From Nemertoderma westbladi (Eukaryota; Animalia; Xenacoelomorpha), in contig JAUCBJ010008641.1 of NCBI GenBank assembly GCA_032718475.1, forward strand, positions 15,847-79,846: a stretch of 64,000 nt of DNA, written 5' to 3'. The notes beneath the pieces are model-generated. The model did no database searches. It had not been told where the DNA came from and saw only the letters and a program-made list of their open reading frames with translations. Positions 1 to 13,942 of the stretch are shown piece by piece. Positions within the stretch are counted from its first letter, which is position 1. Every line of letters begins with the position of its first letter. The translations under genes were made by a program, and so were the position numbers.

Positions 1-1547
1 AGGGACACAAACATTAACGAGGGACACAAACATTAATTGAAGGACACTAACATTAATGAGGTACACAAACATTAATGTTGGACACAAACATTAATGAGGG
101 ACACAAACATTAATGAGGGACACAAACATTAATGAGGGACACAAACATTAACGAGGGACACAAACATTAATTGAAGGACACTAACATTAATGAGGTACAC
201 AAATATTAATGAGGGACACAAACATTAATGAGGGACACAAACATTAATGAGGGACTCAAACATTAACGAGGGACACAAACATTAATTGAAGGACACTAAC
301 ATTAATGAGGTACACAAATATTAATGAGGGACACAAACATTAATGAGGGACACAAACATTAATGAGGGACACAAACATTAACGAGGGACACAAACATTAA
401 TTGAAGGACACCAACATTAATGAGGTACACAAACATTAATGTTGGACACAAACATTAATGAGGGACACAAACATTAATGAGGGACACAAATATTAATGAG
501 GGACACAAACATTAATGAGGGACACAACATTAATGAGGGATACAAACATTAATTGAAGGACACAAACATTAATGAGGGACACAAATATTAATGAGGGACA
601 CAAACATTAATGAGGGACACAACATTAATGAGGGATACAAACATTAATTGAAGGACACTAACATTAATGAGGTACACAAACATTAATGTTGGACACAAAC
701 ATTAATGAGGGACACAAATATTAATGAGGGACACAAACATTAATGAGGGACACAACATTAATGAGGGACACAAACATTAATTGAGGGACATTAACATTAA
801 TGAGGTACACAAATATTAATGAGGGACACAAATATTAATGAGGGACACAAACATTAATGAGGGACACAACATTAATGAGGGACACAAACATTAATTGAGG
901 GACACTAACATTAATGAGGTACACAAATATTAATGAGGGACACAAACATTAATGAGCGACACAAACATTAATGAGCGACACAAACATTAATGAGGGACAC
1001 AAACAATAAATGAGGGACAGATATCAATCACGGGCACAAACATTAATGAGGGACACAAACATTAATGAGGGACACAAACATTAATGAGGGACGCAAACAT
1101 TAATGAGGTACACAAACATTAATGAGGGACACAAACATTAATGAGGGACACAAACAATAAACGAGGGACAGATATCAATCAAGGGCACAAACATTAATGA
1201 GGGACACAAACATTAAGGAGGGACACAAACATTAATGAGGGACACAAACATTAATTAGGGACACAAACATTAATGAGGTACACAAACATTAATGAGGGGC
1301 ACAAACATTAATGAGGGACACAAACATTAATGAGGGGCACAAACATTAATGAGGTACACAAACATTAATGAGGGGCACAAACATTAATGAGGGACACAAA
1401 TATTAATGAGATACACAAACATTAATGAGGGACACAAACATTAATGAGAGACACAAACATTAATGAGATACACAAACATTAATGAGGGACACAAACAATA
1501 AACGAGGGAGAGATATCAATCAAGGGCACAAACATTAATCATGGGCA
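1..1547. repeat. 20-bp tandem array (GAGGGACACAAACATTAATG), runs off the window start
   Basis: Unit directly visible with recurring variant units. About 4 inverted copies occur at 2138-2212. Confidence 0.97.
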
Positions 1548-2932
1548 CTATCGCCCTTCGCACTTAGTATGATTCATGTTACCACCCATACACATACAAT
1601 ATATTACAGTATTACAATTCTCATTACTGTCAAGCAATAAAATAACAACAATAAATAATAACATATTAATCTGACCAAGCCAATAAACTATGTTATTGCC
1701 AATTGAAGGAAAGGATTAGGTTACAGAGATGGTTTTTCTAACCAAAACAATAAACGATGTTGTTACTAAAAAGGGAAGGAGTAGGAGTAAAAAAATGATG
1801 AACATGAGGGGGAGTCAGGAATGGTAACATGGGGGGGGGGGGGGATGGTAACATGAATGGTGGTGGTAGGAGGTAAATTGAAAATATGGGGGTATACCAG
1901 CCGGGGGGGAGGGGGTAGCAGAAAACAGGCAGCTGAACAACGTATCCGAACGTCGCTTTCAATTAATTTCCATCTAATTAGGAAGATGGAATGTATACAA
2001 AACGGCGGTTCTTTGATCGAAACTCACGTTCCCATGGTAGTATTTTTTTCCAGTTAATCACTTCATATCTAATCGTCTGATGGCAAGCATCACCATCGCT
2101 CATATTAATATCCATTGGCAACCATGGACCCCTGCCCTATTAATGTTTTGTGTCCCTCATTAATGTTTGCGTCCCTCAATAATGTTTGTGTCCCTAATTA
2201 ATATTTGTGTCCTGGCCGCAATACAAACCAGTATATATAAATGGTAAATTACGGGGTTTTGCCAGGCTATTGTTTCGGATTTAAGGGGTTTTACAGGTTG
2301 TTATTTCTGATTTAAGGGGTTTTGCCAGGTGGACTGAATTTCATATACTTGAATTTACGGTGTTTTGCAAGCCAATTATTGACTTGGGGGGTTCTGCCTC
2401 GAAGTGGGCATAAGTTACGGGGAACTGTCTTTGGCTTATAACTCAAAAATGGCGGGTAGAAAAGCTTCGGTGTTCTGCCAGACGAAAAAGCCGATATCGA
2501 ATTACCCAAAAAGTCAAAAACATGAAAATCGAAAAAAATCGACTTAGGGGGTTCTGCCTTGAAGGTGACGAGTAGTTGGTGTTTGTGTTCTTGTTGTGTC
2601 GCCACTTCGCATGTTGTATCTTACAGATGAGTGTTGGTTTGAAATCAGAATTAATTATATTCCACTGTACTGTAGCTGCTGCTCTGTACCCTACCCTGAT
2701 TCACTTTCTTGCTGCTCTTGTTACTTAACTGCTGTTTTGCAACTGAACAATTAATTATCAAAATTCATAAGATGAAAAAAACAAGGGCGTGACCAAATTA
2801 CAGTTTGAATTGCAATTACAAAACCAAATTACAGTTAGTTTAGTATCACAATATCTCATCAATATATAATTATCATTTCAATGTGAGCCTATTTGATTGC
2901 ATCCTGGCCTAATACTTTAAAACTCAAATGTC

Positions 2933-3061
2933 ACATCACGGCTGTTTGGGCTAAATGTTCCACTAAGAACATGGTTGCTATTGTCGTTATTGCGAACACA
3001 TCACGGCTGTTTGGGCTAAATGTTCCACTAAGAACATGGTTGCTATTGTCGTTATTGCGAA
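2933..3061. repeat. Direct tandem duplication of about 65 bp
   Basis: CACATCACGGCTGTTTGGGCTAAATGTTCCACTAAGAACATGGTTGCTATTGTCGTTATTGCGAA occurs twice head to tail. Confidence 0.9.
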
Positions 3062-3562
3062 GTCACTGCGGTTATATCATTCTAATTCTCAGCTGATTCC
3101 TTTTAGTTATTATTCGTATTTTGGGAGAATATATATAATATTATCAGGGCCGTATTTAGGGAGGGGTAGGGGGGGGGGGGGGGTCGAAGGGGCTGAGGCC
3201 CCAGGCCCCCACCACGATCCCACAACTATAGGGATCAACCGAACTATAGAGGAGCCGAATCGGAACCAAAATGAAACGAACATGGCAATTTTGAATTTTG
3301 CCACTTATTTTTCCCAAAATATATGAAAAACAAAAACAAAAAGTTAGTGTAAAAAGCAGTAAATATTTTTGTAGCTTATGAAATTTGTATTTTTTTCACT
3401 TTCGATTCTTGCATATTTTAATCGGATGTTTTTATATTGAAGTAAAGTAAAAAGTAAAAAAAAAAAACGGGAACAAATCAGGACTGAAACAGGAACATGT
3501 TTCAAATTTCTAATTTCCACGTCAAATATACAGTAGATATATAAATATAAATATATAGGGAT

Positions 3563-3830
3563 GTGAGTTTTCCTGAATCGCAACCTGACGACCTATTGCT
3601 AAACCCGACCGACGAAGAGGATAGAACCTTTATGGTATCTGCTGCTATTGTCATGGAAACCACCCCATCGGACCTAGCTAAGCGTGATGCCATGGCCTAC
3701 TATGGTGATGCTCGACTACTGTACAAAAACTCGGGAGGTAGCCCAATCTCACCCAACATACACGGCACTACTACGAGCTATACAGGAAGGATGGCCCACT
3801 GCCAAACACAACGTTAGGGACGAGCTACTT
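3563..3830 (+). mobile_element. Degenerate Gypsy/Ty3 LTR-retrotransposon pol fragment (RNase H-integrase linker)
   Basis: Frameshifted peptide TREVAQSHPTYTALLRAIQEGWP resembles the conserved L..I..GWP linker of Gypsy pol. Confidence 0.45.
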
Positions 3831-4465
3831 CAAGGAGTGCTCCTTCGCACCCGCCACTTTACTGTGAGTCCAGGTCCACTCACACAACCAAAGTTGTCCA
3901 TCGCGATCGTTTCATTGTCTGATTGTTTACGTTTAATAGACTCCATCGCCTTCTCGGATTAGGAATCCGGGTTTCGCAGAATCCGCCATCGTCCAGCAGT
4001 TCAGTGTTGAAGCCAGAATTCAAAGCCAGAATTCCGGTACCGGCACCACGATCAACGATTTCGGAAATAACAGACTCCGTCAACAACACTCGGGGTTTAA
4101 AAACTACAACTGAGGGCAACTTGTAACTGGGCGATCCGATCAACTATCTGATAGTTGAAAAAGACTGTCTGATATACAATCTGACAGTTAGCGCCCCATG
4201 GGTAAATCCTTACCCCATGGGCTGTTTGTTACCTTTCTGACTGAAAGCGCAACAGCCCCTATAGAACAGTTGAGCCAAAAGATCAGCTCCCTGTACTTTA
4301 ATTAGTGTTTCAAATTGATGATGAGGATTAGTTTGACGTTTCCTTTCCCTTATAAGCGACAGCGACAGGGATGAGATTGGAGCTCCGATTCTAGGTTAAT
4401 TAGGCACTACTCTACTGTACATATACTGTAAAGATTAATAGTAGTACCATCTTCTCTATTAAACT

Positions 4466-5578
4466 ATGCACCGTAATATAATATCATTTTCTAATGACAC
4501 AGACAAGGAACATTGCTTGAAATTTGAAACACAACGGGAGAAAGCCGCCCCAATATTAGATTAGAACAACAACAATTCCATAGGGTAAGGAAGTGGAGGA
4601 AAGCCTGACTTAAAATATAATTCAATTTATTTTGTGACTGGATCAATTTCACCTGTCATGAATCCTACTTGTATGTAACCTGAGACACCAAGAAATTTTT
4701 ACTGTGAAATGTTTTGCTTACAAATAAATATTTCTCTACATTATTTTTTTCAATAGATAAATATACACCACTCAGTCACTTAAAAAATATAGCTACTATT
4801 TTCAAATTTTCGGGTGAAAACACCCCTTATTCATGCATTTTGTAATTCAATCAATTACATATTATATTTTTGGTCTAATATTCTATTTAAATTATCTAAA
4901 AAAAATTAAACTAGAATATAAATAGAAAATAAAAAGAAACAAACATTTTTTTTTTGGTAATTTAATTAAATAGAATATTAGTGCAAAAAATATAAACTAT
5001 CATTGATTAATTACAAAATGCATGAATAAGGGTTTCTTTACCACCCCGCGAAAATTTGCAAAATATTAGCTATATTTTTAAGTGACTGAGTGGTGTATAT
5101 TTATTTATTGAAAAATATAATATAGATAAATTTCTATTATATAGGTATATATATAATAATCATATAATAAGAATTAGATGCACTATCGCTCCCAAATCTA
5201 TCCAAATCTCCGACTTCTCTTGGAGACTCAGAAGCTTGTGTTAGCTAGGTCTGATGGAGTACAAGTCCATTCGCGCAATGACCGACGAATTCGTTAAACG
5301 ATTTATTTCCCTCGAAACTACTGTACAGTTCAAAGTTTGATGCTTCCGGAAAAAACCGAGAATAATCTCGCTGCTAATTTGAATAAATTTAATTAAAACG
5401 AAAACAAAATTAAAACGACTAATTTGAAGAAGACCGCAATATGAAGAGTGCAATATTTGAACTACAGTAGTTATGTTTCAAATTTCAAGCAATCATTTAC
5501 ACTAAAAAAAATTTGTGGGGGGGGGGGGGGGGGGTGGGGGTCCGTGTCATCAGAAAATGACCCTATATTACGGGTCAT
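4466..5578. mobile_element. Non-autonomous TIR element (MITE) with a nested internal inverted repeat
   Basis: Ends CCGTAATATAATATCATTTTCTAATGACAC and GTGTCATCAGAAAATGACCCTATATTACGG are inverted. About 4730-4855 is inverted at about 5002-5130. Confidence 0.65.
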
Positions 5579-5965
5579 GGTGTCGTAACCAGTTTTATAT
5601 TAAATTATACAAAAATTAAATGACTGGGATTAAAAACGAAAAACTATAGTAATTCGAATGCCTCGTTATAGCAGCATATAACCGTTGAGCAGTATTATAT
5701 TCTATATGACACGTATTTCTTAATTAATGTTGATATGCGTGATAACACAACGGTTCCACAAACTTCACAACAATGATTCGAACATGCAAACGTGAATTTA
5801 TAAGCTTTCCTGCCCCAATTTATACAAAAAGGATCTGCCACGCGGACAGTAGAGAAGGTTGTTGGCTGAGACAAATCATTGCGCTCAGAGCGGAGTGTCA
5901 AAGGGATTGAGTTACCCAACTCTATGAAGCGAGCACAATTAATTATCTAATGTCATTATGTTCCG

Positions 5966-6839
5966 TGTCAGTGCCCATATAGAAACCAGACAATTCCGAG
6001 AAAAAAATAATTTTTTAATTGCATAATAATGTATTGCATAAAAGCGCATAATTAGCTTTCAACCCTAATAATTAGCACCCACCCTCGTGTCATTGCGACC
6101 CACAATTCAAAAGTTACGAAAGAAATAGCGAAAGTTAATTAAAGGAACATTTTATATAGTAATTTTGAAATATTTATTTCTTTAAATGCTGAAAAACTCT
6201 GTTTTTAAATAGAAGTAAATCTAACTCTCTCTGTTCATCTATCTGTCTGTCTGTCAAAAATATAAAAGCATTTTGGCTAACTAAAATTTTGTTGTGTGAG
6301 TATTTCTGGTCGGAGATTTTATTTCCGATGTCAGTTATCATGCTTGAAGAAATCTAGACTGTATCTGTGTCTGTCTGTCTGTCGGTCTGTATGTCTTTCT
6401 GTCAAAAGTAAAGAAGCATATTAGCCGACAAAACTGTCATTATGAGGTTTTTCTGATCGGAAAATCCATTTCCGATTTCAGTTTCATACTTGAAGTGATC
6501 TAGACTGAATGTGTATCTGTCTGTATGTCGGTCTGTCTGTCTGTCCGACAGTCCAACAGACATACAAACCATCTTGAATACCAAATAACGAAAATTTTAG
6601 TCAGTTAGTAAACTTCCTTATATTTTTGACAGACAGACAAACAGAGAGACCGACAGTCCGACAGACCGACAAAACATGACATTTATCAAAACTTTTATAT
6701 TCAATGAAAATAAACATACCTAATGAACATACAGTGTATCTTGAAAAAAAACATTTTTGAAAACATTTTTATTTACTTAATTCTCCATTTTCACAAAAGG
6801 AATTCTGCCCGGAATTGTGTGTTTTATATGCACTGACAC
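5966..6839. mobile_element. MITE-like TIR element
   Basis: GTGTCAGTGCCCATATAGAAACCAGACAATTCCG at the left end is inverted as CGGAATTGTGTGTTTTATATGCACTGACAC at the right end. Internal (CTGT)n and (GACA)n blocks. Confidence 0.6.
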
Positions 6840-7321
6840 CATACCGTGGGTAATCTGGTAAAACCCCTGAATGATATCCACCTTCTGACAAAAGCCCAGA
6901 AGTTAAAACAGCGTTAATAACGGAGAAAAACGCAAAATAAGATCCCGTTTAAATATCGCTTGATCTGATAAAACCCCCTAAGTAGGAAAAAACTCCGTTT
7001 AAGCACCTTCAATATGGGATATAATTTCTGATAAAACCCCTTAAATTAGATATTAGGGGGTTTCTTATTAGTTAAATGTCAGAGGGACTTTTAATTATTC
7101 GTTCTGATAAAACCCCCAAAATGCCCGTTTGCCACAATATGATAGGATAATTGGCCTTGAATTAATTAATGGAGTGAGTTGTGAAGTAGGTCTACGGTAT
7201 TAGTATTAAATGAATAGGTTGCCTACTCAACACCTAACAGTATTTTTAAATAGCTGAAAATTTGTAATGCTTATTTTAACCTTTGGCGAAAATCTGGGGA
7301 GGGGGGTCAATTTACACTATT

Positions 7322-7520
7322 ACTACTAGGATCGGCACGCTTCATTGCAGGTGCATTTTAAGAATGCTGTGCCGGCATGTCCACAAAATTGCAACGCCAC
7401 AAATCCCTATTACCCATGACATTTGCTAGATCATCCGCATCTTCAAGGCCAGTGTCCTATGAGATGCGCCTCAAGAAAGTCATGGGCTGTCCACTATGCG
7501 TATTCACTCCATGAGACTGC
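7322..7520 (-). mobile_element. RTE LINE family A, 3' fragment
   Basis: Matches the 3' end of the copy at 13943-14830, including the GCCGATCC(TAG)n tail. Confidence 0.85.
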
Positions 7521-7596
7521 GTACTTGAGTACAAGATTATTTACAAGTCTACTGGTCCATTTACAAGTTACTTTATAGAACTGTAGATATACTCTA

Positions 7597-8090
7597 GGTG
7601 AGTGTAGCTGAAGATGTTCAACCAGTAGTGAGTGTAGCTGAAGATGTTCAACCAGTAGTGAGAGCAGCTGAAGATGTTTAACCAGTGTAACTGGAGATTT
7701 TTAACTGGTAGTGAGTGTAACTGAAGATGTTCAACCGGTAGTGAGAGTAGCTGGAGATGTTCAACCGGTAGTGAGTGTAGCAGAAGATGTTCAACCAGTA
7801 CTGAGTGTAACTGAAGATGTTCAACTGGTAGTGAGAGGAACTGGAGATGTTCAACCGGTAGTGAGTGTAGCTGGAGATGTTCAACCGGTAGTGAGTGTAA
7901 CTAAAGATGTTCAACCTGTACTGAGTGTAACTGAAGATGTTCAACTGGTAGTGAGTGTAACTGGATTTGTTCAACCGGTAGTGTGTGTAGCGGGAGATGT
8001 TCAACCGGTAGTGAGTATAGCTGGAGATGTTCAACCGGTAGTGAATGTAACTGACAATGTTCAATCAGTTGTGAGTGTAGCTGGAGATGA
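7597..8090. repeat. 30-bp minisatellite (GTGAGTGTAGCTGGAGATGTTCAACCGGTA)
   Basis: About 16 units visible. Further units at about 9386-9434, beyond the RTE insertion. Confidence 0.92.
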
Positions 8091-8129
8091 TGTGGGTTCC
8101 GTACGTATAAATGTCGTGGGACCATGTGA

Positions 8130-9250
8130 GCCCATTTTTTCACTTAGAAGAATAATTGAAGAGTTGTCAAAAAAGAAAGACAGACATCTGGCTGTTAGCT
8201 TTGTTGACTTCGTCAAGCCCTTTGATTCAGACTCTCGCTCACGTATGTTCAGCTTACTTTCATTATATGGGATTCCTGATGGAATTATTGCAGCAATCAG
8301 ATTAGTAAGATGGTTCGAAGACATTTGCACTATTTTTGATATTGCTGCTACTGTTGACGGTGACACAGAACCATTCGAAATGTTATGGGGAGTCCTCCAA
8401 GGAGACACACTTGCGCCATTCTTGTTCATAATTGTGGTTGACTATGTTCTATGGGGTGATGGTAACTCCACCTACTGGCTCCAGAATTCGAGGAAATCCT
8501 GCCCAGTATCTAACTGATCTAGACTTTGCTGATGACTTAGGAGTACTCTCATAATCACTAGAAGGAGCCGAACAGCTCCTCAGCTCATTAGAAAATTTTG
8601 CCAGTTAACTTTGAAAGCCCTCAGCAAGTCTCTGACCGGATGAGCATAAGCTCAAAGGATGGTATGCTTGAGCAAGTGGAAGACTTCTGTTACCTGGGAT
8701 CATGGATCCGGAAGTCAGGTGAGGACCTTCGAATACGTAAGGGAAAGGCATGGGCAGCCTTGAATAGGCTTTCCAGGATTTGAAAGTCACCAAGAATTAA
8801 TCGGAAACTTAAGGTCCGATTATTTAGAGCAGCAGTAGTTCCAGTACTCCTCTATGGGAGTCCATGCTGAGCTCTAACTACCGAGGACACCAAATCTCTG
8901 GATGGCACATTCACAAGAATGCTACGCCGGGTTCATTGTGTCAAGTACAATGCACACATCTCCAACCAGACACTATATAACATTGGAGGTGTCTCATTGG
9001 TTCCCCCAAGCTTGACACTTGAACACTCCGCTTTGCAGGAGTTTGTTTTCGCAGTGAGGACCAGCCTGTGCATAATCTTGTGCTTTGGGAGCCCCATGGA
9101 GAAAATAAGCATGGTGGACAGCACATGACTTTTGTGAGACGCCTCTTAAAGGACACTGGTTTGGTAGATGCGAATAGTCTCGCGAAAGTCATGGGGGATA
9201 GGGAGTTGTGGCGGTGAATCTTCGTAGATAAGCCGGCATAGCATTCTTAA
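8130..9250 (+). mobile_element. RTE LINE family A, decayed RT region
   Basis: FVDFVKPFDS, GVLQGDTLAPFLF, DFADDL, YLGSW motifs with stops and frameshifts. Confidence 0.9.
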
Positions 9251-9583
9251 TTCTCAAATTAATTATGCTAATGCTTAATCTCCTGCATTGGGCTTGTCAA
9301 TTGTGGATTGCATGGTGGTAGCAAAATATTTTTCTTAGGCCAGTATCTCAATGACCAGTTTACATGCAGCAGGCCGATTATGGAGTTTAGCTGGAGATGT
9401 TCAATCAGTTAGTGAGTGTAGCTGAAGATGTTCACGGTGAAGCAATGACGAATCGAGATTTATCTGTTTTATAAGCCTACAACAACAATATCAGAGATGA
9501 TGATGGCACAGGACTTCAGCCCCTAATTGTAGAAAGTGTTGAGACAATAATAATTGAGAATAAGGGATTGTTTTATCTCTTAG

Positions 9584-9715
9584 GCCTACGGATTCACATA
9601 GCAACAATCTTGAGTATGACACTCTACCGGATTCTGTGGCAATCAATAGCGGGGTAAATGACGAGCAATCAATGCTAACGGTAGATGGTGAACATGAATT
9701 AGATTCCAACAGCAG
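9584..9715 (+). other. Candidate isolated coding exon (132 nt, symmetric phase)
   Basis: Acceptor TTTTATCTCTTAG, open frame PTDSHSNNLEYDTLPDSVAINSGVNDEQSMLTVDGEHELDSNS, donor AG|GTGAGG. No recognisable domain. Confidence 0.25.
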
Positions 9716-9779
9716 GTGAGGCAAGATGACCCCAATCCAGACAGCGCAAACAGTTAGAATTATAGGGAGTCTGGGCTGT

Positions 9780-10310
9780 CCCGTGGAATAAAACGGAATC
9801 TAAAGGTTCGATTGTCTTTAGAGCAGCAGCAGAACCAGTACTCGTATATGGGAGTCTGTGCTGGCTTCTGACTGCAGAGGATTCCAAATCTCTGGATGGC
9901 ACTTTCACAAGAATGATGTGCCGGGTTTATTGTGTCAAGTACAATGCACACATCTCCAATCAGACTCTATAAAACATTGGAGGAAACATCCATTAGTCTT
10001 CCTTAGCTTGACACTTGAGCTGAACCGCCTCCGCTTTGCAGGACATTGCTTTCGCCGTGAGTACCAGCCAGTGCATAATATTGTGCTTTGGCGAATAAAT
10101 AAACATGGTGAACAGCCCATGCCTTTCTTGGGACGCCTGTTAGAGGCGTATCTAAACACTGGCCTTGAAGATGCGGATGATCTAGCAAATGTCATGGGTG
10201 GTAGGGAGATGTGACAGCGCAATTTTGTTGACAAGCCGGCACAGCATTATTAATATATATGTAATACATAATAATGCAGTTGCAATGCAGCATGCTGATA
10301 GTAGAAGTAG
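9780..10310 (+). mobile_element. RTE LINE family A, 3' fragment
   Basis: RLRFAGHCFRRE and DADDLANVMG motifs plus the 3' UTR with a TAG-repeat tail. Confidence 0.85.
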
Positions 10311-10889
10311 TATTTATAAAAATAATTGTAATATTACAGTGTTTCTAATATAAGAGCTTTGCTTTATTGGACCCTTAGACCCACTAATAAGTCATTTAAT
10401 GGGCCAGACTGTATCTGATAAAACCCCACATGCTAAAGATAACCCCCCTTAATTGTATGTTCAATACTAACTATTTTGTTTCACAATCTGGCATAACAAC
10501 AGATATCAAATTAAATGGTCTAAAATGCGATCTACCTCTAAAAATATGTGCCCAAACAAATTATACGCTATTTTAGATTATATTTAGTCAAAAATTAGAT
10601 CGCATTACTCAAGATTTCTTAAAATATTCAGTTTTTTTCGTTTTTCTCAAAACTACAAAAATCGACTTAGGGGGTTTTGTCGAATTACCGACGATACTGT
10701 ATAAAGGTTAATTTCAATCTGCGTAGTACTCTATTTTTACAATTGGAATATATCAGGGCCGCTATCAATTAACGTTAAGGTATATTACTGAATTTTACTT
10801 TTTGCAAAACACAATAAAATTACTATTTTATCAGTCATGCGCCACTTTCTCCGGTGCCACTCAACCCCGCCTCCACGCTCCACCACCAG

Positions 10890-11776
10890 AGGAAATCCAG
10901 CAAAGTAGTAGGACTACCTTACTGATCTAGACTTTGCTGATGACTTAGGGGTACTGTCAGAAATTTAATTTAATTTAATTAATTTAATCGTACACCCACC
11001 GAGGTGGGGATGTTGGTCATTTTATAAACTCCAAGAAGACAAAATCATGTCAGTCAACCTAGAGAGCCCTCTGGATATGTTTGATCGTAAGGGCATAAGC
11101 TCGAGGGGCGGCTTGCTTGAGCACGTGGATGACTTCTGCTACTTGGGAAGCGGATCCGAAAGTCAGGTGAAGACCTTCGGATACGTAAGGGGAAGGCCTG
11201 GGCAACGTTAAATGGTCTGTCCAGGATTTGGAAGTCCCATAGAATAAAACGGAATCTCAAGATTCGATTATTTAGGGAAGTAGTAGAACCAGTACTCTTA
11301 TATATATATGAGGCTATGCTGGGCTCTAACTGCAGAGGATACCAAATCTCTGGATGGCACTTTCACAAGAATACTGCGCCGGGTTCTTTGTGTCAAGTTC
11401 AATGAACACATCTCCAATCATACTCTATACAATATTGGAGGTGTTCCATTAATCTCCCCTAGCTTGACACTTGAACGGAACCGACCTCGCTTTGCAGGGC
11501 ATTGCTTTCGCCGTGAGGACCAGCCAGTGCATAATCTTGTGCTTTGGCGGCCTCATGGAGTGAATAAGTATGGTGGACAGCCCATGACTTTCTTGAGACG
11601 CATCTTAAATGACACTGGCCTTAAAGATGCGGATGATCTTGCAAATGTCATGGGTGATAGGGAATTGCGGCGGCGCAATATTGTTGACAAGCCGACGCAG
11701 CATTCATAATTTATATGTAATATACTGTATGTAATGCAGCTGCAATACAGCATGCCGATAGTAGTAGTACAGTAGT
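10890..11776 (+). mobile_element. RTE LINE family A, 5'-truncated decayed copy
   Basis: DFADDL, SLDGTFTRILRR, RFAGHCFRRE motifs and a TAG-repeat tail. Confidence 0.88.
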
Positions 11777-12510
11777 ACCACCCCCACTCCCACCTCCAAC
11801 TCCATTACTCCACCTCAACACCACAAAAATTGTATTAAATGTATTTTTTAAAAATCAGCAACATTTAATGTAACAAAGGAGTTTATTCATACTTTTTTGT
11901 GTTATATACAGTAAAACACGAATGCCGAGCGCGAAGTTCCGTAAAGTTCCCACTGCAATGTAAAGTGATGCGATATTCCACTTACGATATTCCACTTACG
12001 ATATTCCACTTACGTTAACTGCAAAATATAATGCACATAATTGTGTTATTGATGATATTTCGGGCGAATGACTGATTTCATAGTAATTGTCGTGTTATAC
12101 AGTATAATAGTTTATTTATTTAGTGTTATATAAATTATATAAATAATTAAAACAACTGGAAACTGATTCGCCTGCTGTAGTTTTGTTGCTAGGGACTACG
12201 AAAAAATTGTGTTTCCCATGAAATTGGATATCGTTTATTGTTTCAACCGGAACTGGATATTACTCTTACCATTATTTGGTAATTATTACGTTGGAGAGGG
12301 ACCACCATAGAGCCAACAAATCTAAAATCCCATTTAATCAAATTACAATTATTTTAAAAATAATTTCATCAGACAAATTTTATAGCAACATCCAAATAAC
12401 CCAGATAAATAATGAGACTGTATTCATAGCAACCAGATAACATAACTAAATAATAAATGTAATTCATAGTAGAATCAGTATAAAATCTGACAGTAAATAA
12501 TCATAAATCG

Positions 12511-13848
12511 CTAGTTTATTGATATTCTTGATTCCCCATTAATATCTTTATTTCGACTTAAAGTGTTTTTTCTTCTGTCGTCGGATTTTGAAAATTGTGA
12601 TCTAGAGAACTTAGTTCGCGATCTTTTTGTTTTCCAGCGGCACAACATAAGATCTTTAAGGCCTTTGCGAAACTGTGAAGAGAAACAGCAGTAAATAACC
12701 GGGTTGATGCCACTCGATAAATGAGCGAAACAAAATGAAGTCGAAAGAAACCATTTGAATGCGTTCATGTTGGCTTTTTGTTTGTGGTATCCGTTACCCA
12801 TTAGGTAGTTAAGGATACAACGCGGTAACCAAAACACGATAAAACAAACCAGAACCACAATTAGCATGAATACTACACGTTGGCGTCTCCGCACAGAAAC
12901 CAATTCAGTTTTACTTCCATCAACAACAGACTTTTTACTCTTCTTGAATTCGGAAAATGTTAAAGTCAGCCGCTTTTTACTAAATCTTTTTTGATTTTTA
13001 TCGCATTCTTGTCCGTCTGTGTTTGTGTCTCCTTTTCGAGTCGACTTAGCCACCAGCGGCTCTACCGATGGAGTTTCGTTAGCCCTATAAACTATTTTTG
13101 GGTTTTTAATTTGAGACTTTCTTTTCACTTGCGACATCAAATTTCTGTTAGACTTCAATAAAGTTTGGCAAATCCTAATATAAAGAACGGACATTATAAT
13201 AGCTGGTACAATAAAGCTAAACCCGCTCTCAAAGATAATGATATATAATGGTTCTATATGTTTAAGCATCGTACAAGTGGTTATACTTTCGCCATATAGA
13301 GCTACGACTTTAGGTGAATCTGCAACTTTAGTGTGGAAGAAATACAAGTACATTGAATTTAGTGAAAAGGAAAACAGCCACACTACCACGGCAACTGCGA
13401 CGAGACGAGACCATACAATTAACCTTTTTGATAAAAACGGTTTAACAATAGCGATGTAACGTTCTATGCAAATACAAACCATGAACAGAATAGATGCGCT
13501 GAAATTCATATGGTAAATAAAGTTAAAGAGTCTGCACAAGAAGTCGCCGAGTTGCCACTGCAGGAATCTTTCTTTGAAGTATAACATTTGAGGAAGAACG
13601 TGAAGAACACCGATGAAAAGGTCGGAAACGCATAAGTTTGCCAAAAAGAAGTTTGTTGGATTCTGCATCTCTTTGTTTGTAGCGATCACTAGCAACATCA
13701 TGGTGTTACCGACAACTATAAGTGAGCACACCAGTGGGTAGGCAATGTTAATGAAAGGTAGTTGGTTCTGCATTACATACGGGTGGACTTGACGAGGATT
13801 TGTAACAGTAGAGTTGATATATGTTACACTAGAGTTGATATAATCCAT
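12511..13848 (-). CDS. Rhodopsin-class (family A) peptide GPCR, single coding exon; possibly trissin-receptor-like
   Basis: GN in TM1, TNFFLANLCVSD in TM2, ICIERY, FIVFWLP and INPVIY motifs, plus N-glycosylation sites at the N-terminus. First ATG is at 13848 (the ORF track starts at a TTG). The subfamily is a guess. Confidence 0.93.
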   Translation of the reverse strand: MDYINSSVTYINSTVTNPRQVHPYVMQNQLPFINIAYPLVCSLIVVGNTMMLLVIATNKEMQNPTNFFLANLCVSDLFIGVLHVLPQMLYFKERFLQWQLGDFLCRLFNFIYHMNFSASILFMVCICIERYIAIVKPFLSKRLIVWSRLVAVAVVVWLFSFSLNSMYLYFFHTKVADSPKVVALYGESITTCTMLKHIEPLYIIIFESGFSFIVPAIIMSVLYIRICQTLLKSNRNLMSQVKRKSQIKNPKIVYRANETPSVEPLVAKSTRKGDTNTDGQECDKNQKRFSKKRLTLTFSEFKKSKKSVVDGSKTELVSVRRRQRVVFMLIVVLVCFIVFWLPRCILNYLMGNGYHKQKANMNAFKWFLSTSFCFAHLSSGINPVIYCCFSSQFRKGLKDLMLCRWKTKRSRTKFSRSQFSKSDDRRKNTLSRNKDINGESRISIN

Positions 13849-13942
13849 AATTTTCAATATAATTTTACTATTGATAATCGTATATTATTATAATACAGTA
13901 TCAGATCATATAGAACGCAGTGGGTTTACCAACAACATGGCA

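Noticed and set aside
7711-8517. 268-aa ORF fusing decapeptide repeats to an RT fragment
   Set aside because: Chance in-frame junction of a minisatellite and a decayed RTE. There is no ATG start and stops follow in the RT.
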